Positions 51,551 through 60,612 of a stretch of DNA of 64,000 nucleotides are shown piece after piece. Under the pieces are notes generated by a model. It was not told the DNA's origin, ran no database searches, and was given only the letters and a program-made list of their open reading frames with translations. The DNA comes from an uncultured bacterium. Its GTDB lineage: Bacteria; Verrucomicrobiota; Verrucomicrobiia; Limisphaerales; UBA8199. The DNA lies in the NCBI GenBank assembly GCA_963749495.1, contig CAVVMW010000006.1:480001-544000 (forward strand), in the 5' to 3' direction. Numbering within the stretch: the first letter of the stretch is position 1; the number at the start of each line of letters is the position of its first letter. A program made the translations under genes and the position numbers.

Positions 51551-52844
51551 CACCAATGTCCTCCTGCACGATCCCAACTCCCTCCTCAAGTTCGAGGACA
51601 ATAACGTCCTGCTGCCGATCGAGGTCATCGAGGAGATAGACCGCTTCAAGCGCGAGTCCAGCGAGCTGGGCCAGAATGCGCGCACGGTCTCGCGGATGCT
51701 CGACGGCTTTCGGAGCGTCGGGCGGTTGAGCGAAGGGGTGGCCCTGCCCAACGGGGGCCACCTGAGAATCATCTTCCAAAAGGCCAAATCGGCCCGCAAC
51801 GGCCACGCCCTGTTCAGCGACAACACCGTGGACAACCGCATCCTCTCGCTGGCCTTCAGCGTCCTCAAGGCCCAGCCCCGCGGCCAGACCGTCCTGGTGA
51901 GCAAGGACATCAACCTGCGCATCAAGGCCGACGCCCTCGGGCTCCAGGCCGAGGACTACGAGAATGACCGCGTGCTCATCAAGGACCTCTATACGGGCAT
52001 GATCGAACTCACGGTCGGCCCGGATCAGATCGCCGCCTTCCGCGCCGCCGGCCTGATGGAAGTCAACGGCGGCCAGCACTACGCTCCCAACGAATACTGC
52101 ACCCTGATCGAGCAGACCAACCCCAAACGCACCGCCCTGGCGCGCGTGGACACCAGCGGGACCCGGCTGCTGCCCATCATCGACTCCCGCGACGGGGTGT
52201 GGGGCATCAAACCGCGCAACCGGGAACAGCACTTCGCCTTCGACGCCCTGCTCGATGACCGGGTCAAACTGGTCACCTTGATGGGCAAGGCGGGCACCGG
52301 CAAGACCCTCCTGGCCATGGCCGCCGGCCTCAAGCGAACCGTGCTCGACCGCGAGTACCGCCGGCTGGTCGTCGCCCGCCCGACCATCTCGATGGGCAAG
52401 GAGCTGGGTTTCCTGCCCGGCTCCCTCGAAGAGAAACTGGCGCCCTGGATGCAGCCCATCCACGACGCGCTGGAGATGCTCAGCGACCTCAACATGGGCC
52501 ACGAGCATCGCCGCAGCGCCGACCTCATGCGCTCCGGCAGCATCGTCGTCGAGGCCCTCAGCTACATCCGCGGGCGCAGCATTGCCAACCAATTCATGAT
52601 TATCGACGAGGCCCAGAACCTCACCCCACTCGAAGCCAAAACCATCATCACCCGCGTCGGCCACGGCACCAAGGTCATCCTCACCGGCGACCCCTACCAG
52701 ATCGATAATCCTTACGTCGATTCCTCCTCCAACGGCTTCAATTACGTCGTCAGCCGCTTCCGCACCGAACCGATTGCCGCCCACATCGAGTTGCAAAAAG
52801 GCGAGCGCTCCGAACTGGCCGAGCTGGCCGCCAATGTCCTGTAG
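51528..52844 (+). CDS. PIN-PhoH (PhoH2/YlaK-type) ATPase
   Basis: YILDTNVLLHDP, VSKDINLRIKA, PRNREQ, GKAGTGKT, YIRGRS, IDEAQNLT, GDPYQID. Confidence 0.93.
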   Translation: MKKNYILDTNVLLHDPNSLLKFEDNNVLLPIEVIEEIDRFKRESSELGQNARTVSRMLDGFRSVGRLSEGVALPNGGHLRIIFQKAKSARNGHALFSDNTVDNRILSLAFSVLKAQPRGQTVLVSKDINLRIKADALGLQAEDYENDRVLIKDLYTGMIELTVGPDQIAAFRAAGLMEVNGGQHYAPNEYCTLIEQTNPKRTALARVDTSGTRLLPIIDSRDGVWGIKPRNREQHFAFDALLDDRVKLVTLMGKAGTGKTLLAMAAGLKRTVLDREYRRLVVARPTISMGKELGFLPGSLEEKLAPWMQPIHDALEMLSDLNMGHEHRRSADLMRSGSIVVEALSYIRGRSIANQFMIIDEAQNLTPLEAKTIITRVGHGTKVILTGDPYQIDNPYVDSSSNGFNYVVSRFRTEPIAAHIELQKGERSELAELAANVL

Positions 52845-52847
52845 GCG

Positions 52848-52938
52848 GAATGACCAATGACGAATGACGAATGACGAATGACGAATGACGAATGACCAGG
52901 CCCAGCACCCGGCTATCCGTCATTCGTCATTCGTCATT
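52848..52938. repeat. Inverted (AATGACG)n/(CGTCATT)n hairpin element
   Basis: Six to seven AATGACG units, a short spacer, then three CGTCATT units. Confidence 0.88.
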
Positions 52939-52989
52939 GCTGATTTCTGCCCTTGGCATAGGGGGGGCTTTGCCCTATATGGTTCGGCC

Positions 52990-53526
52990 GTGATCGGCTT
53001 TTTGAGATTTATTGGCCTGTTGAACGCTGCGGTGTGGTTTGGCGCCGCCGTTTTCCAAACGTTCGGGGCCGGGCCGGCCCTGGCCTCCAGGCAAATGCAG
53101 GAGCTGCTCACGCCCGGCAACTATCCCTACTACTCGGTGGCCATCGCCCAGTTGGTGGACCGGCGGTATTTCCAATTGCAACTGGTTTGCTGCGCCGTGG
53201 CGGTGCTGCACGCCGTGGCCGAATGGCTCTATCTGGGCCAGGTGCCCGCGCGCTTCTGGCGGTGGTTGTTGCTGGGCCTGCTGGCCGCCAACCTGGCGGC
53301 CGGCCTCTGGCTGCAGCCCGCCTCGGGGGCCGCCCACCGCCTGGCCTACGGGCTGAGGACCCCTCCCGAAACCCGCAAATCCGCCCTCCGCGAATTTCGT
53401 GCTTGGCATGGTGCGGCGGAAGTGCTCAATTTCATGGTGGTCGGCGGGTTGGGGGTTTATCTATGGCGAATGGCCAACCCGCCTGATTCAACTCGGTACG
53501 TGAGCACCACCAAGTTCCGGAGTTGA
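52990..53526 (+). CDS. DUF4149-like membrane protein
   Basis: AAVWFGAAVF, four hydrophobic segments, FRAWHGAAEVLN. Confidence 0.7.
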   Translation: MIGFLRFIGLLNAAVWFGAAVFQTFGAGPALASRQMQELLTPGNYPYYSVAIAQLVDRRYFQLQLVCCAVAVLHAVAEWLYLGQVPARFWRWLLLGLLAANLAAGLWLQPASGAAHRLAYGLRTPPETRKSALREFRAWHGAAEVLNFMVVGGLGVYLWRMANPPDSTRYVSTTKFRS

Positions 53527-53552
53527 CAAACAATAGACTCTAACTTTATGAT
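53523..53552 (+). promoter_or_regulatory. Near-consensus sigma70 promoter for the PurA-like gene
   Basis: TTGACA (53523-53528), 18 nt, TATGAT (53547-53552), in a locally AT-rich stretch. Confidence 0.65.
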
Positions 53553-53600
53553 TAGGATGAGATTGGGTTGCCGTCAGGGCGGCCCGGACCCAGTAAGTGT

Positions 53601-53888
53601 ATGATTTCTAACGATCGCCCCTCGCCATACGGCCACCGCTCCTACGGCGCCGCCCCGAAGCCACCGGTTAACGAAGATACCCTGAAGTCGGACAAGGTTC
53701 AGATCGAACGCAAGACGTTCGTCTTCGCCTTGAAAGAGAACTCCCGCGGCCGGTTCCTCCGCATCACTGAAGATGTCGGCGGGCGGCGGGACACGATTAT
53801 CATCCCGGCCCCCGGACTGGAGGACTTCAAGAAGCTGCTCGACCAGATGGTCAAGTACGCCAACGAGACCCCGCCCAAGCCGGATTAG
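53601..53888 (+). CDS. PurA/PUR-repeat (DUF3276-like) ssDNA/RNA-binding protein
   Basis: LKSDKVQIERKTFVFALKENSRGRFLRITEDVGGRRDTIIIP. Confidence 0.8.
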   Translation: MISNDRPSPYGHRSYGAAPKPPVNEDTLKSDKVQIERKTFVFALKENSRGRFLRITEDVGGRRDTIIIPAPGLEDFKKLLDQMVKYANETPPKPD

Positions 53889-53916
53889 TGCTGGGCGGCC
53901 CTGGGGACTCCGTCCC

Positions 53917-54291
53917 CTACGCCGGCTGCGTGTGGGCTGTGGCGCGCCGCCGGGGCTTGACGCGCGGGGCGTCGCCCCACAGCGACTCCAGGTCGTAACG
54001 CTCACGCACGTCCTGGCGCATGACGTGGACGATCACATCGAAGAAGTCCAGGACGACCCACGCGGTTTGGAGTGTGCCGTCCACGGCCCTGGGCCGCAGA
54101 TCGTGCTCTTCGCGCAGCTTGTCGGTGATCTCGTCCACGATGGCCCGCAGGTGCGGTTCGCTGGTGCCGGAGGCAATCACGAAGTAATCCGTGACGGACG
54201 ACACCTTGCGCACGTCCAGAACCGCGATGTCATCGGCCTTTTTGTTGTCCGCCAGTTCCCGGCAGAGCAAGGCCAGTTTTCTCGAATCCAT
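53917..54291 (-). CDS. rsfS: Ribosome silencing factor
   Basis: NKKADDIAVLDV, TDYFVIASGTS, WVVLDFFDVIVHV, RERYDLESLWGDA. Confidence 0.95.
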   Translation of the reverse strand: MDSRKLALLCRELADNKKADDIAVLDVRKVSSVTDYFVIASGTSEPHLRAIVDEITDKLREEHDLRPRAVDGTLQTAWVVLDFFDVIVHVMRQDVRERYDLESLWGDAPRVKPRRRATAHTQPA

Positions 54292-54317
54292 CTGCCGCAA
54301 TATAGTGCCAGGTCCGT

Positions 54318-54904
54318 TCAAAGATAAAGCCGATTGTTGCGAAGGGCCTCGGCGACGGCGCCGGGCACCAGCGCCTCGATGGGCAGCCCCGCCTTGACCC
54401 GCGCCCGTATCTGCGAGGAGGAAACGCCCAGCGGAAAACCGCTCAGCGTGCTCCCCTCAAACGGGGCGGGCAGCGCCCCCTGCCCCGGCTCCGGCGCCCC
54501 GCCGGGCCTGGGGATGACGACAAACCGCACCAGCCGGGCCAACTCGTCCGCCTCGCGCCACTTGGGAAGCTGGGCCAAGTGGTCGGCGCCTACCAGGTAA
54601 TAGAGCTGCGCCTCAGGAAAGCGGCGCGCGTAGTCGCGAACGGTCTCCACCGTGTAGGAAATCCCGCCCCGGCGGATTTCCTGGTCATCCACTTCGCACC
54701 CCGCCTGGCCGGCCAGCGCCAGCCGCAACAGGCGCAACCGCTCGGCCGCCGGGGCCGGCGGCTCTCCGGTTTGAACGGCGATTGCGCCGCCGGGATGAAA
54801 AAAAGACGCGCCAACGCCAACTCCTCCCGCGCCGCCTGCGCCACCAGCAGGTGGCCCAGGTGGACCGGGTCGAACGAGCCGCCAAAGAGCCCCAGCCGCA
54901 TCAT
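54318..54904 (-). CDS. nadD: Nicotinate-nucleotide adenylyltransferase (frameshift near 54760)
   Basis: GLFGGSFDPVHLGHL, SPFK in one frame; SYTVET, LVGAD, VSSSQIR in the next; canonical nadD-rsfS order. Confidence 0.92.
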
Positions 54905-55056
54905 GCCAGCTTCCCACTGAACTGGCACACTCGTCCGGCTTTGCGCTCTGCCTTGATTTCAAGCCGATAACGCACTTGCTCAGTCATGCTTCAATTATGC
55001 TCTGGCGGGTCTCGGGGCGTCAAGCCCCCGATGGCAAGGGGTGCGATGAAAACCTG

Positions 55057-55140
55057 GACCTTTGTCGCAGCCTTTGTCGGGGCCTTTGTCGAAAAAGAGC
55101 CCATCCGGCAAAGGTTTCGACAAAGGCTGCGACAAAGGCC
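55057..55140. repeat. 12-bp TTTGTCG-arm inverted element
   Basis: acctttgtcgcagcctttgtcggggcctttgtcgaa...ttcgacaaaggctgcgacaaagg. Confidence 0.82.
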
Positions 55141-55185
55141 CCCCACTCGGGGGTTTTGGGACCGGCTCTAGCTAGAGACCCCACC

Positions 55186-55389
55186 CTACGCCTCGAAGCA
55201 GGGGCGGGAGGAGTTGCAACTGCGCTTGTGGACCGGGCGGTCGTCTTTGCCCACCGCCGTCTGGGTGAGGTTGCACCAGTAGTGGCAAGGGGAAGACTCG
55301 CGGTCCGGCTGTTCGGCCAGGGCGGCCTCTGGGGTCGGCTCGAGGTAGATTCTTTTTGTCCGAAGATGTTTGCAGAGGGCCTGGTTCAT
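55186..55389 (-). CDS. Small Cys/His-rich protein at the end of the molybdoenzyme operon
   Basis: LCKHLRTK...CHYWCNLT...GKDDRPVHKRSC....PCFE; starts 4 nt after the FAD subunit stop. Confidence 0.65.
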   Translation of the reverse strand: MNQALCKHLRTKRIYLEPTPEAALAEQPDRESSPCHYWCNLTQTAVGKDDRPVHKRSCNSSRPCFEA

Positions 55390-55393
55390 GCGG

Positions 55394-56357
55394 TCAGCCT
55401 TTCAACTGGAGGAGCGCGCGGCGGATGAGGGCGTGGGCCAGAGGGACTTTGTAGCCGTTGTGCGCGAGGGGCTGGGCGCCCCGGAGGATCAAATCCGCCG
55501 CCTGCGACACGGTTGGTTCGTCGAGGGTCCTGCCTTCCAGGAAGGCGTTGGCGGCGGCGACCTGGTGAGGCACGGGGGAGATGCAGCCCAGGGCAACGCG
55601 CGGTTGCTGGAGTTTGCCCTCGGCCACAACTGCGGCGGCCGCGCAACTGACCAGCGCCCAGTCAAAGGCCTGCTTGTCGCTGACCTGCAAATAGGCGCTC
55701 CGGGGGCGCGCGGTTGGGATTTCGACGCGCAGGATGAGGTCGCCGGGGTTGAGCGAGTTGTGGCGGGTCGGATTCTCCCAGGCCCCGGCATAGAGCTCGG
55801 CCATGCTCTGGCGTAGCGCCTGGCCGCCGCGCTGGACGATGGCCGTGGCCTCAAGCGCCGCCAAGGCGACGGCCAGGTTCGACACGACCGGGCTGATGCA
55901 GGTATTGCCGGAGAAGAGGGTGTGATAGCGGTTTTCGCCGTGGCGCGCATAGCAGAGGTCGCCCTGTTTCTTGAGGCAAACCGTATCGCGCTGGCGGTAG
56001 TACCAGCAGCGGGAGTGCTGCGCGAGGTTGCCCCCGAGGGTGGCGACGTTGCGGATCTGCTGCGAGCCGACCTCCGCGGCGGCAGCGTGCAGGCCGGGAA
56101 AGGCCCGCTTGAGCTCAGGGTGGTCTTCGATTTGCGCGATGGTCGCCAGCGCCCCGATGGTCCAGTGTTCAGGACCCGGCTCGATGCGGTTCAGACCGGG
56201 CAGGGCCTTGATATTGACGAGAATCGTGGCGTCGGTGAGGTACTCCTTGAGCCGGCCCGAACAGGTCGTTGCCACCGGCCAGGTAGTGGCCGTTGTCGGC
56301 GGCCAACCGGGGAGCGCTTTCGGGTGAGGGCGCGGTTGCGTAGGCGAAGGCTTTCAT
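55394..56357 (-). CDS. Xanthine dehydrogenase-family FAD subunit, PaoB/YagS-like (frameshift near 56255)
   Basis: YLAGGNDL, IGALATI, QIRNVATLGGNL, RCWYYR...C...C...C four-Cys insert, FDWALVS, NGYKV. Confidence 0.88.
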
Positions 56358-56359
56358 GG

Positions 56360-58450
56360 TCAGGCGGCGGAGGGTTTGGGCACCTTGCCCAGGGCGGCCA
56401 GGACTTTGGCCGGTGTGATGGGCAGGCTGGGGACGCGCGCGCCCAGGGCATTGGCAACGGCATTGGCGATGGCGGCGGCGGTCGGAATGGTCACCGGCTC
56501 GCCGATGCCGATGACGCCGCGCTCGGGCATGTTGAGGAGCACGATGTCAATGTCCGGCACATCGGCCAGGCCGGGCAGTTTGTACGTCTCGAAATTCGGG
56601 TTGAGCACCACCCCGGAGAGGTCGTCCATGACGCGTTCTTCATAAAGCGCGTAGCCCATGCCCATGATGACGCCGCCATTGACCTGGCTTTCCGTCGTCA
56701 GCTTATCGATGATCAACCCGCAGTCCTGGGCGACGGTGATCTTCCTGACGGCGACGAAGCCGGTCTCGGTGTCCACGGCCACCTCGGCGAACTGGACGCC
56801 GCCGGCGCCCTCCGAGGAAAGCCCTTCCTGCCATTGGCCGTGGACCACCAGCGGACTGACCCCGAGCTGCTTGCAGGCGGCGAACCAGTTGGGGCCGCGC
56901 GCGTCGCTCACCCCGGTCTGGGCCTGGAGTTGGCGCAGCGCCTGGGTGCAGACATCGAAGACAGTCGGGGCGACCGAAGGGCAGGTGGTGCTGCCGCCGC
57001 TGCCCGGGCCGGGTGGAAACCGCGTGTCGCCCACCTTCACCCCAATCTGCTCCGGCTTGAGCCCGAGCACCTCGGCGGCGACCACAGCCATCACCGTGCG
57101 GGTGCCGGTGCCCAGGTCTTGCACACCCATGCGCAGCTCGATGCTGCCGTCGGGATTGATTTGGGCCTCCCCTTGCGTGCGCCGGCTGCCGCCGCCGCCC
57201 CAGGAGGCGCTGCCGCAGCCGACGCCCACCTTGACCGGCCCGGGCGAGCTGCCGGGCGGCTTGTATTTCTGTTTCCAGCCGAAGCGCTCGGCGCCGGCCT
57301 TGTATTCGCGCTGGCGGACCGGGTTGGGATCGTTCTTGATCCGCAGCTCCAACGGGTCCAGTCCCAACTTCACCGCCAGCTCGTCCATGATGCTCTCCAT
57401 GCCGAAGGAAGCCGTCGGGTGGCCGGGGGCGCGAAAGGCGCGGGCCGAGCCGGCGTTGACGGCCACGGTAGCTTGCCGGACGCGCACGTTGGGCACCTTG
57501 TAGATGTAAGGGGCCGGGAATTCAGCGCCGCCGCCCCCGCCCTCGGATGCCGCGCCGGCGCCGATGCCGGCAGTGCCGTAAGACTCCATCTCGTAGGCGT
57601 GCAGCGTGCCGTCGGCCTTGGCACCGAGCTTGATCCGTTGAACACTCGACGGCCGGTTGCCGACCGCCAGCGCCTCCTCGAAGCGCGTCAGCATCAGCCG
57701 CACCGGCGCCCCGGCCGCGCGGGAAAGCCGCGCCGCCAGCAGCCCTTCCACCCCGGCGCCGAATTTGGAGCCGAAGCCCCCGCCCATGTGCTCGGTGATG
57801 ACCCGCACGCTGCTCTGTTCGAGCCGGAGGCCGCCCGCCAAACCATCGCGCACACTGCTGATGCCCTGGGTCGAGGCCCAGGCGGTCAGGCCCTCGTCCG
57901 TCCACGAAACGGTATTGCCGTGAGTCTCCATCGGCTGATGAAGCAGCACCGGGGTCGTGTAGAGGCCCTCCACCACCGCGGCGCATTCGCTAAAGGCCCG
58001 TTCCACGTCACCCTCCTGGCGGGCGCCGGGCCTCGAGGCGTTCGCCGCCTCGGGCCAGACCCTGGGCGAGTCGGGCTTCCTCGCTTCGTCCTCGTGGACC
58101 ACAAAGGGCAGTTCTTTGGCCTCCACTTCGATGGCGCGCAGCGCGTCCAGGCAGGCCTGTTTGGTCGTGCCGGCCACCGCGGCCAGCTCTTCGCCGTAGA
58201 AACGAACCGTGCGCTCGCCCTCCTGCACGGTCAGAGCGGCCTTGATGCCGGGGACCTTGAGCGCCTTTTCCAGGTTGATGCGAGCGATCCGGGCGGCGGG
58301 CCATTTCGAGCGGAAGATCATGCCGTAGAGCCAGCCTTGGGCCTGGATGTCGGAGGCATAGCGCGCGCGCCCGGTCACCTTCACCGGCCCATCTACGCGG
58401 CGGGTGTCCCGGCTGATGTACTTGGTTTCGGCGGGCCAGCTAGTGCTCAT
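56360..58450 (-). CDS. Xanthine dehydrogenase-family molybdopterin-binding subunit, PaoC/YagR-like
   Basis: KVTGRARY, HQPMET, MGGGFGSK, FRAPG, QDLGTG, GSGGS, QVNGG, GIGEP. Confidence 0.93.
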   Translation of the reverse strand: MSTSWPAETKYISRDTRRVDGPVKVTGRARYASDIQAQGWLYGMIFRSKWPAARIARINLEKALKVPGIKAALTVQEGERTVRFYGEELAAVAGTTKQACLDALRAIEVEAKELPFVVHEDEARKPDSPRVWPEAANASRPGARQEGDVERAFSECAAVVEGLYTTPVLLHQPMETHGNTVSWTDEGLTAWASTQGISSVRDGLAGGLRLEQSSVRVITEHMGGGFGSKFGAGVEGLLAARLSRAAGAPVRLMLTRFEEALAVGNRPSSVQRIKLGAKADGTLHAYEMESYGTAGIGAGAASEGGGGGAEFPAPYIYKVPNVRVRQATVAVNAGSARAFRAPGHPTASFGMESIMDELAVKLGLDPLELRIKNDPNPVRQREYKAGAERFGWKQKYKPPGSSPGPVKVGVGCGSASWGGGGSRRTQGEAQINPDGSIELRMGVQDLGTGTRTVMAVVAAEVLGLKPEQIGVKVGDTRFPPGPGSGGSTTCPSVAPTVFDVCTQALRQLQAQTGVSDARGPNWFAACKQLGVSPLVVHGQWQEGLSSEGAGGVQFAEVAVDTETGFVAVRKITVAQDCGLIIDKLTTESQVNGGVIMGMGYALYEERVMDDLSGVVLNPNFETYKLPGLADVPDIDIVLLNMPERGVIGIGEPVTIPTAAAIANAVANALGARVPSLPITPAKVLAALGKVPKPSAA

Positions 58451-58505
58451 GAGTCATCGTATTTGTGTTCAGGACCATTAAATGGAACCACGTAACTTCG
58501 GCACA

Positions 58506-58588
58506 ACCTTCGTCGCGGCCTTTGTCGCGGCCTTTGTCGAAAAATGGCGCATTCGACAAAGGCCGCGACAAAGGCCGCGACAAAGGTC
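58506..58588. repeat. 12-bp TTTGTCGCGGCC inverted element inside the molybdoenzyme operon
   Basis: accttcgtcgcggcctttgtcgcggcctttgtcgaa...ttcgacaaaggccgcgacaaaggccgcgacaaaggt. Confidence 0.85.
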
Positions 58589-58637
58589 CAGAAACCGTAT
58601 GAGTGTGCCAACGTTGGTTGTTCCGATTTACGCATGG

Positions 58638-59276
58638 TCAATCACCTCCCGTCCTGGCGTCGGCAGCGCCGGAGGCGCGGAGGGCGGCGCTGAGAATGCG
58701 GGGGTGAGTGCCGCAGCGGCAAAGGTTGCCGGCGCAGGCGTGCCGCACATCGCCGGCGGTGGGTTGCGGATTCTTATTGAGCAGCCCGGTCACGCTCATG
58801 ACAAAGCCCGGCGTGCAATAACCGCACATGAGGGCGTCCGTTTCCAGGAAGGCCTGCTGGACCTTGGTCAACTCCCCGTTCTTGGCCAGGCCCTCGATGG
58901 TCGTGATGGAGCGGCCCTGCGCCTCGATGGCGAGCATCATGCAGGAATAGATAGGGGCGCCGTCCAGGAGCACCGTGCAGGCCCCGCACGTGCCGCAATC
59001 GCAGCCCTCTTTCGAGCCGGTCAGGCCGGAGTGATTGCGCAAGGCCTCCAGCAGCGTGACCCGCGGCTCCAATGAGAGCTTGAGGGTTTGGCCGTTCACG
59101 TTCAGGGCCACCGGCACCGCCCCCGGGCAGGCCGCCTTGTCGGCGCCCGCCTCCTCCAGTTCCGTGGCGACAGCCTCCGCCTGCGCGGCAGCCGTCGCCA
59201 CGGCCGTCGTGCCCAGGCTCTTTAGAAATGTCCGCCGGGACCATGCCCCCGCCTTTGCTGGCTCTGAGTTTTTCAT
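58638..59276 (-). CDS. 2x[2Fe-2S] subunit with Tat signal, PaoA/YagT-like
   Basis: SRRTFLK Tat motif; KEGCDCGTCGACTV, MCGYCTPG, GNLCRCG. Confidence 0.92.
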   Translation of the reverse strand: MKNSEPAKAGAWSRRTFLKSLGTTAVATAAAQAEAVATELEEAGADKAACPGAVPVALNVNGQTLKLSLEPRVTLLEALRNHSGLTGSKEGCDCGTCGACTVLLDGAPIYSCMMLAIEAQGRSITTIEGLAKNGELTKVQQAFLETDALMCGYCTPGFVMSVTGLLNKNPQPTAGDVRHACAGNLCRCGTHPRILSAALRASGAADARTGGD

Positions 59277-59355
59277 CGGCCGATCGTGTGTCGCTAAGTG
59301 CAAGATTACAAACGGGCGTCCACCGGCCTTACCATCTTCCGCGCGGCCCACTTCG

Positions 59356-59418
59356 TCAAGTGACACCCGCGCAATGCCCCGGTGCAATCGAGAAGTGATG
59401 GTCAAACAACAGCTTCAT
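59356..59418 (-). pseudogene. Remnant 5' end of a DUF5615 PIN-like toxin
   Basis: MKLLFDHHFS... overlapping the DUF433 3' end, stop after 20 codons. Confidence 0.5.
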
Positions 59419-59647
59419 GCGGTGAGAAGGCGATCATGGCGTGCCGCTCTTTGTCGGCCGCGTAGGCCAGGCAGGCGCGAATGTCCTCCTCGGTGAGGTC
59501 AGGATAGTCGTCAATAATTTCCCCATGGCTCATCCCCGCCGCCAGCCAGCCCAGGACGTCCCCGACGGTGATGCGAATCCCTCGGATGCAGGGTTTGCCG
59601 CCCCGCTTGCCCGGTTCGATGGTGATGATTTTGCGATAGTCCACCAT
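59402..59647 (-). CDS. DUF433 antitoxin-like protein
   Basis: ITIEPGKRGGKPCIRGIRITVGDVLGWLAAGMS..EI..DYPDLTEEDIRACLAYAA. Confidence 0.9.
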   Translation of the reverse strand: MVDYRKIITIEPGKRGGKPCIRGIRITVGDVLGWLAAGMSHGEIIDDYPDLTEEDIRACLAYAADKERHAMIAFSPHEAVV

Positions 59648-59875
59648 ATTTGTCAGGAGGGCAACCCGGCCCGCCGCGCTTCACCAGCCCGCCGGACACG
59701 TCCCCAGCGAGTCCGCCGCCGCGCTTCGGCGTTCAACTGCCGCCGAGGGCGGATGGTCTCTGCCCAGTCCACGGAGAGTAATGTAGCCGCGATCCGGCTC
59801 GCGGCCAAGAACAAAGCTGCTGTGTGGTCACGGGAGGGCGTATCCCAACACCGGACCCACCGCCCGGGGGCCGGA

Positions 59876-59989
59876 CCGGAGTGCGCCCGTCCCCGGGCGC
59901 AGCAACCTCCGGAGCCAGGGCAGCGGTCAAACACTCCAGCGCGCCTGCCCACTCCGTCGCTGCTGCGCCCGGGGACGGGCGCACTCCGG
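59876..59989. repeat. Palindromic REP-like element
   Basis: CCGGAGTGCGCCCGTCCCCGGGCGCAGC ... GCTGCGCCCGGGGACGGGCGCACTCCGG. Confidence 0.85.
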
Positions 59990-60091
59990 GGGCACTGTCA
60001 GGATGCGCCCGCCAATAAGCAGAACGGGCTGTCCCTCGGTCCCGGCCTGAGTATAAGGTCTCTCGCATGATGTTACGACGGACCTTTCTGA

Positions 60092-60349
60092 GACAAGGCG
60101 GACATCAACCGTCTCATCGCCACCAACCGCGACTTCATGTGGAACCAGCAGGTCTCCCGGGCCAAGTTCCAGCGGATTGACGGCGGTGCAGCCGACCCGC
60201 GCTGGAGAAACAACCCCGGCGTGCTCTGGACCGCGCTCGTGCCCTACGACGCCACGTTGCAACGGGTCTTCCTGGCAAACCACCGCCCGGACAATTGGGG
60301 CGGCTTGAGTGTGACGCCCTGGTTCTTGTCACTTTCCCCGTCAGCTTGA
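60092..60349 (+). pseudogene. Orphan 3' gene fragment of unknown family
   Basis: Protein-like, GC3-biased DKADINRLIATNRDFMWNQQ...PGVLWTALVPYD...WGGLSVTPW preceded by an in-frame TGA. Confidence 0.3.
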
Positions 60350-60612
60350 GCGTGGCGGCGGGCCCCTCAAGCAGCCAGCACCCTCGATGAAGGGCTCCCG
60401 CAGGCCGAGCGACCCAAGCTGCGTGATCGGCTTGCCACCGGTACGCGGCAGCGCGAAGCCACTGAGCCGCCAGCAGAACCGCAGCCCGAGGCTCCCACGT
60501 TGACCACTCGGCCCCCGCCTGGTGGGGTGCCGGCGCTGCCGGATTCTCTGAGCGGTCCTCGCGAAGGTGGTCCGAAGCGGGGAGCATGGCTCGGTGACCG
60601 GGGCAGCTGAGT

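Noticed and set aside
54318..54904. nadD and other split genes as true pseudogenes or programmed frameshifts
   Set aside because: No further decay and no common slippery motif; a window-wide indel pattern is better explained by sequencing error.
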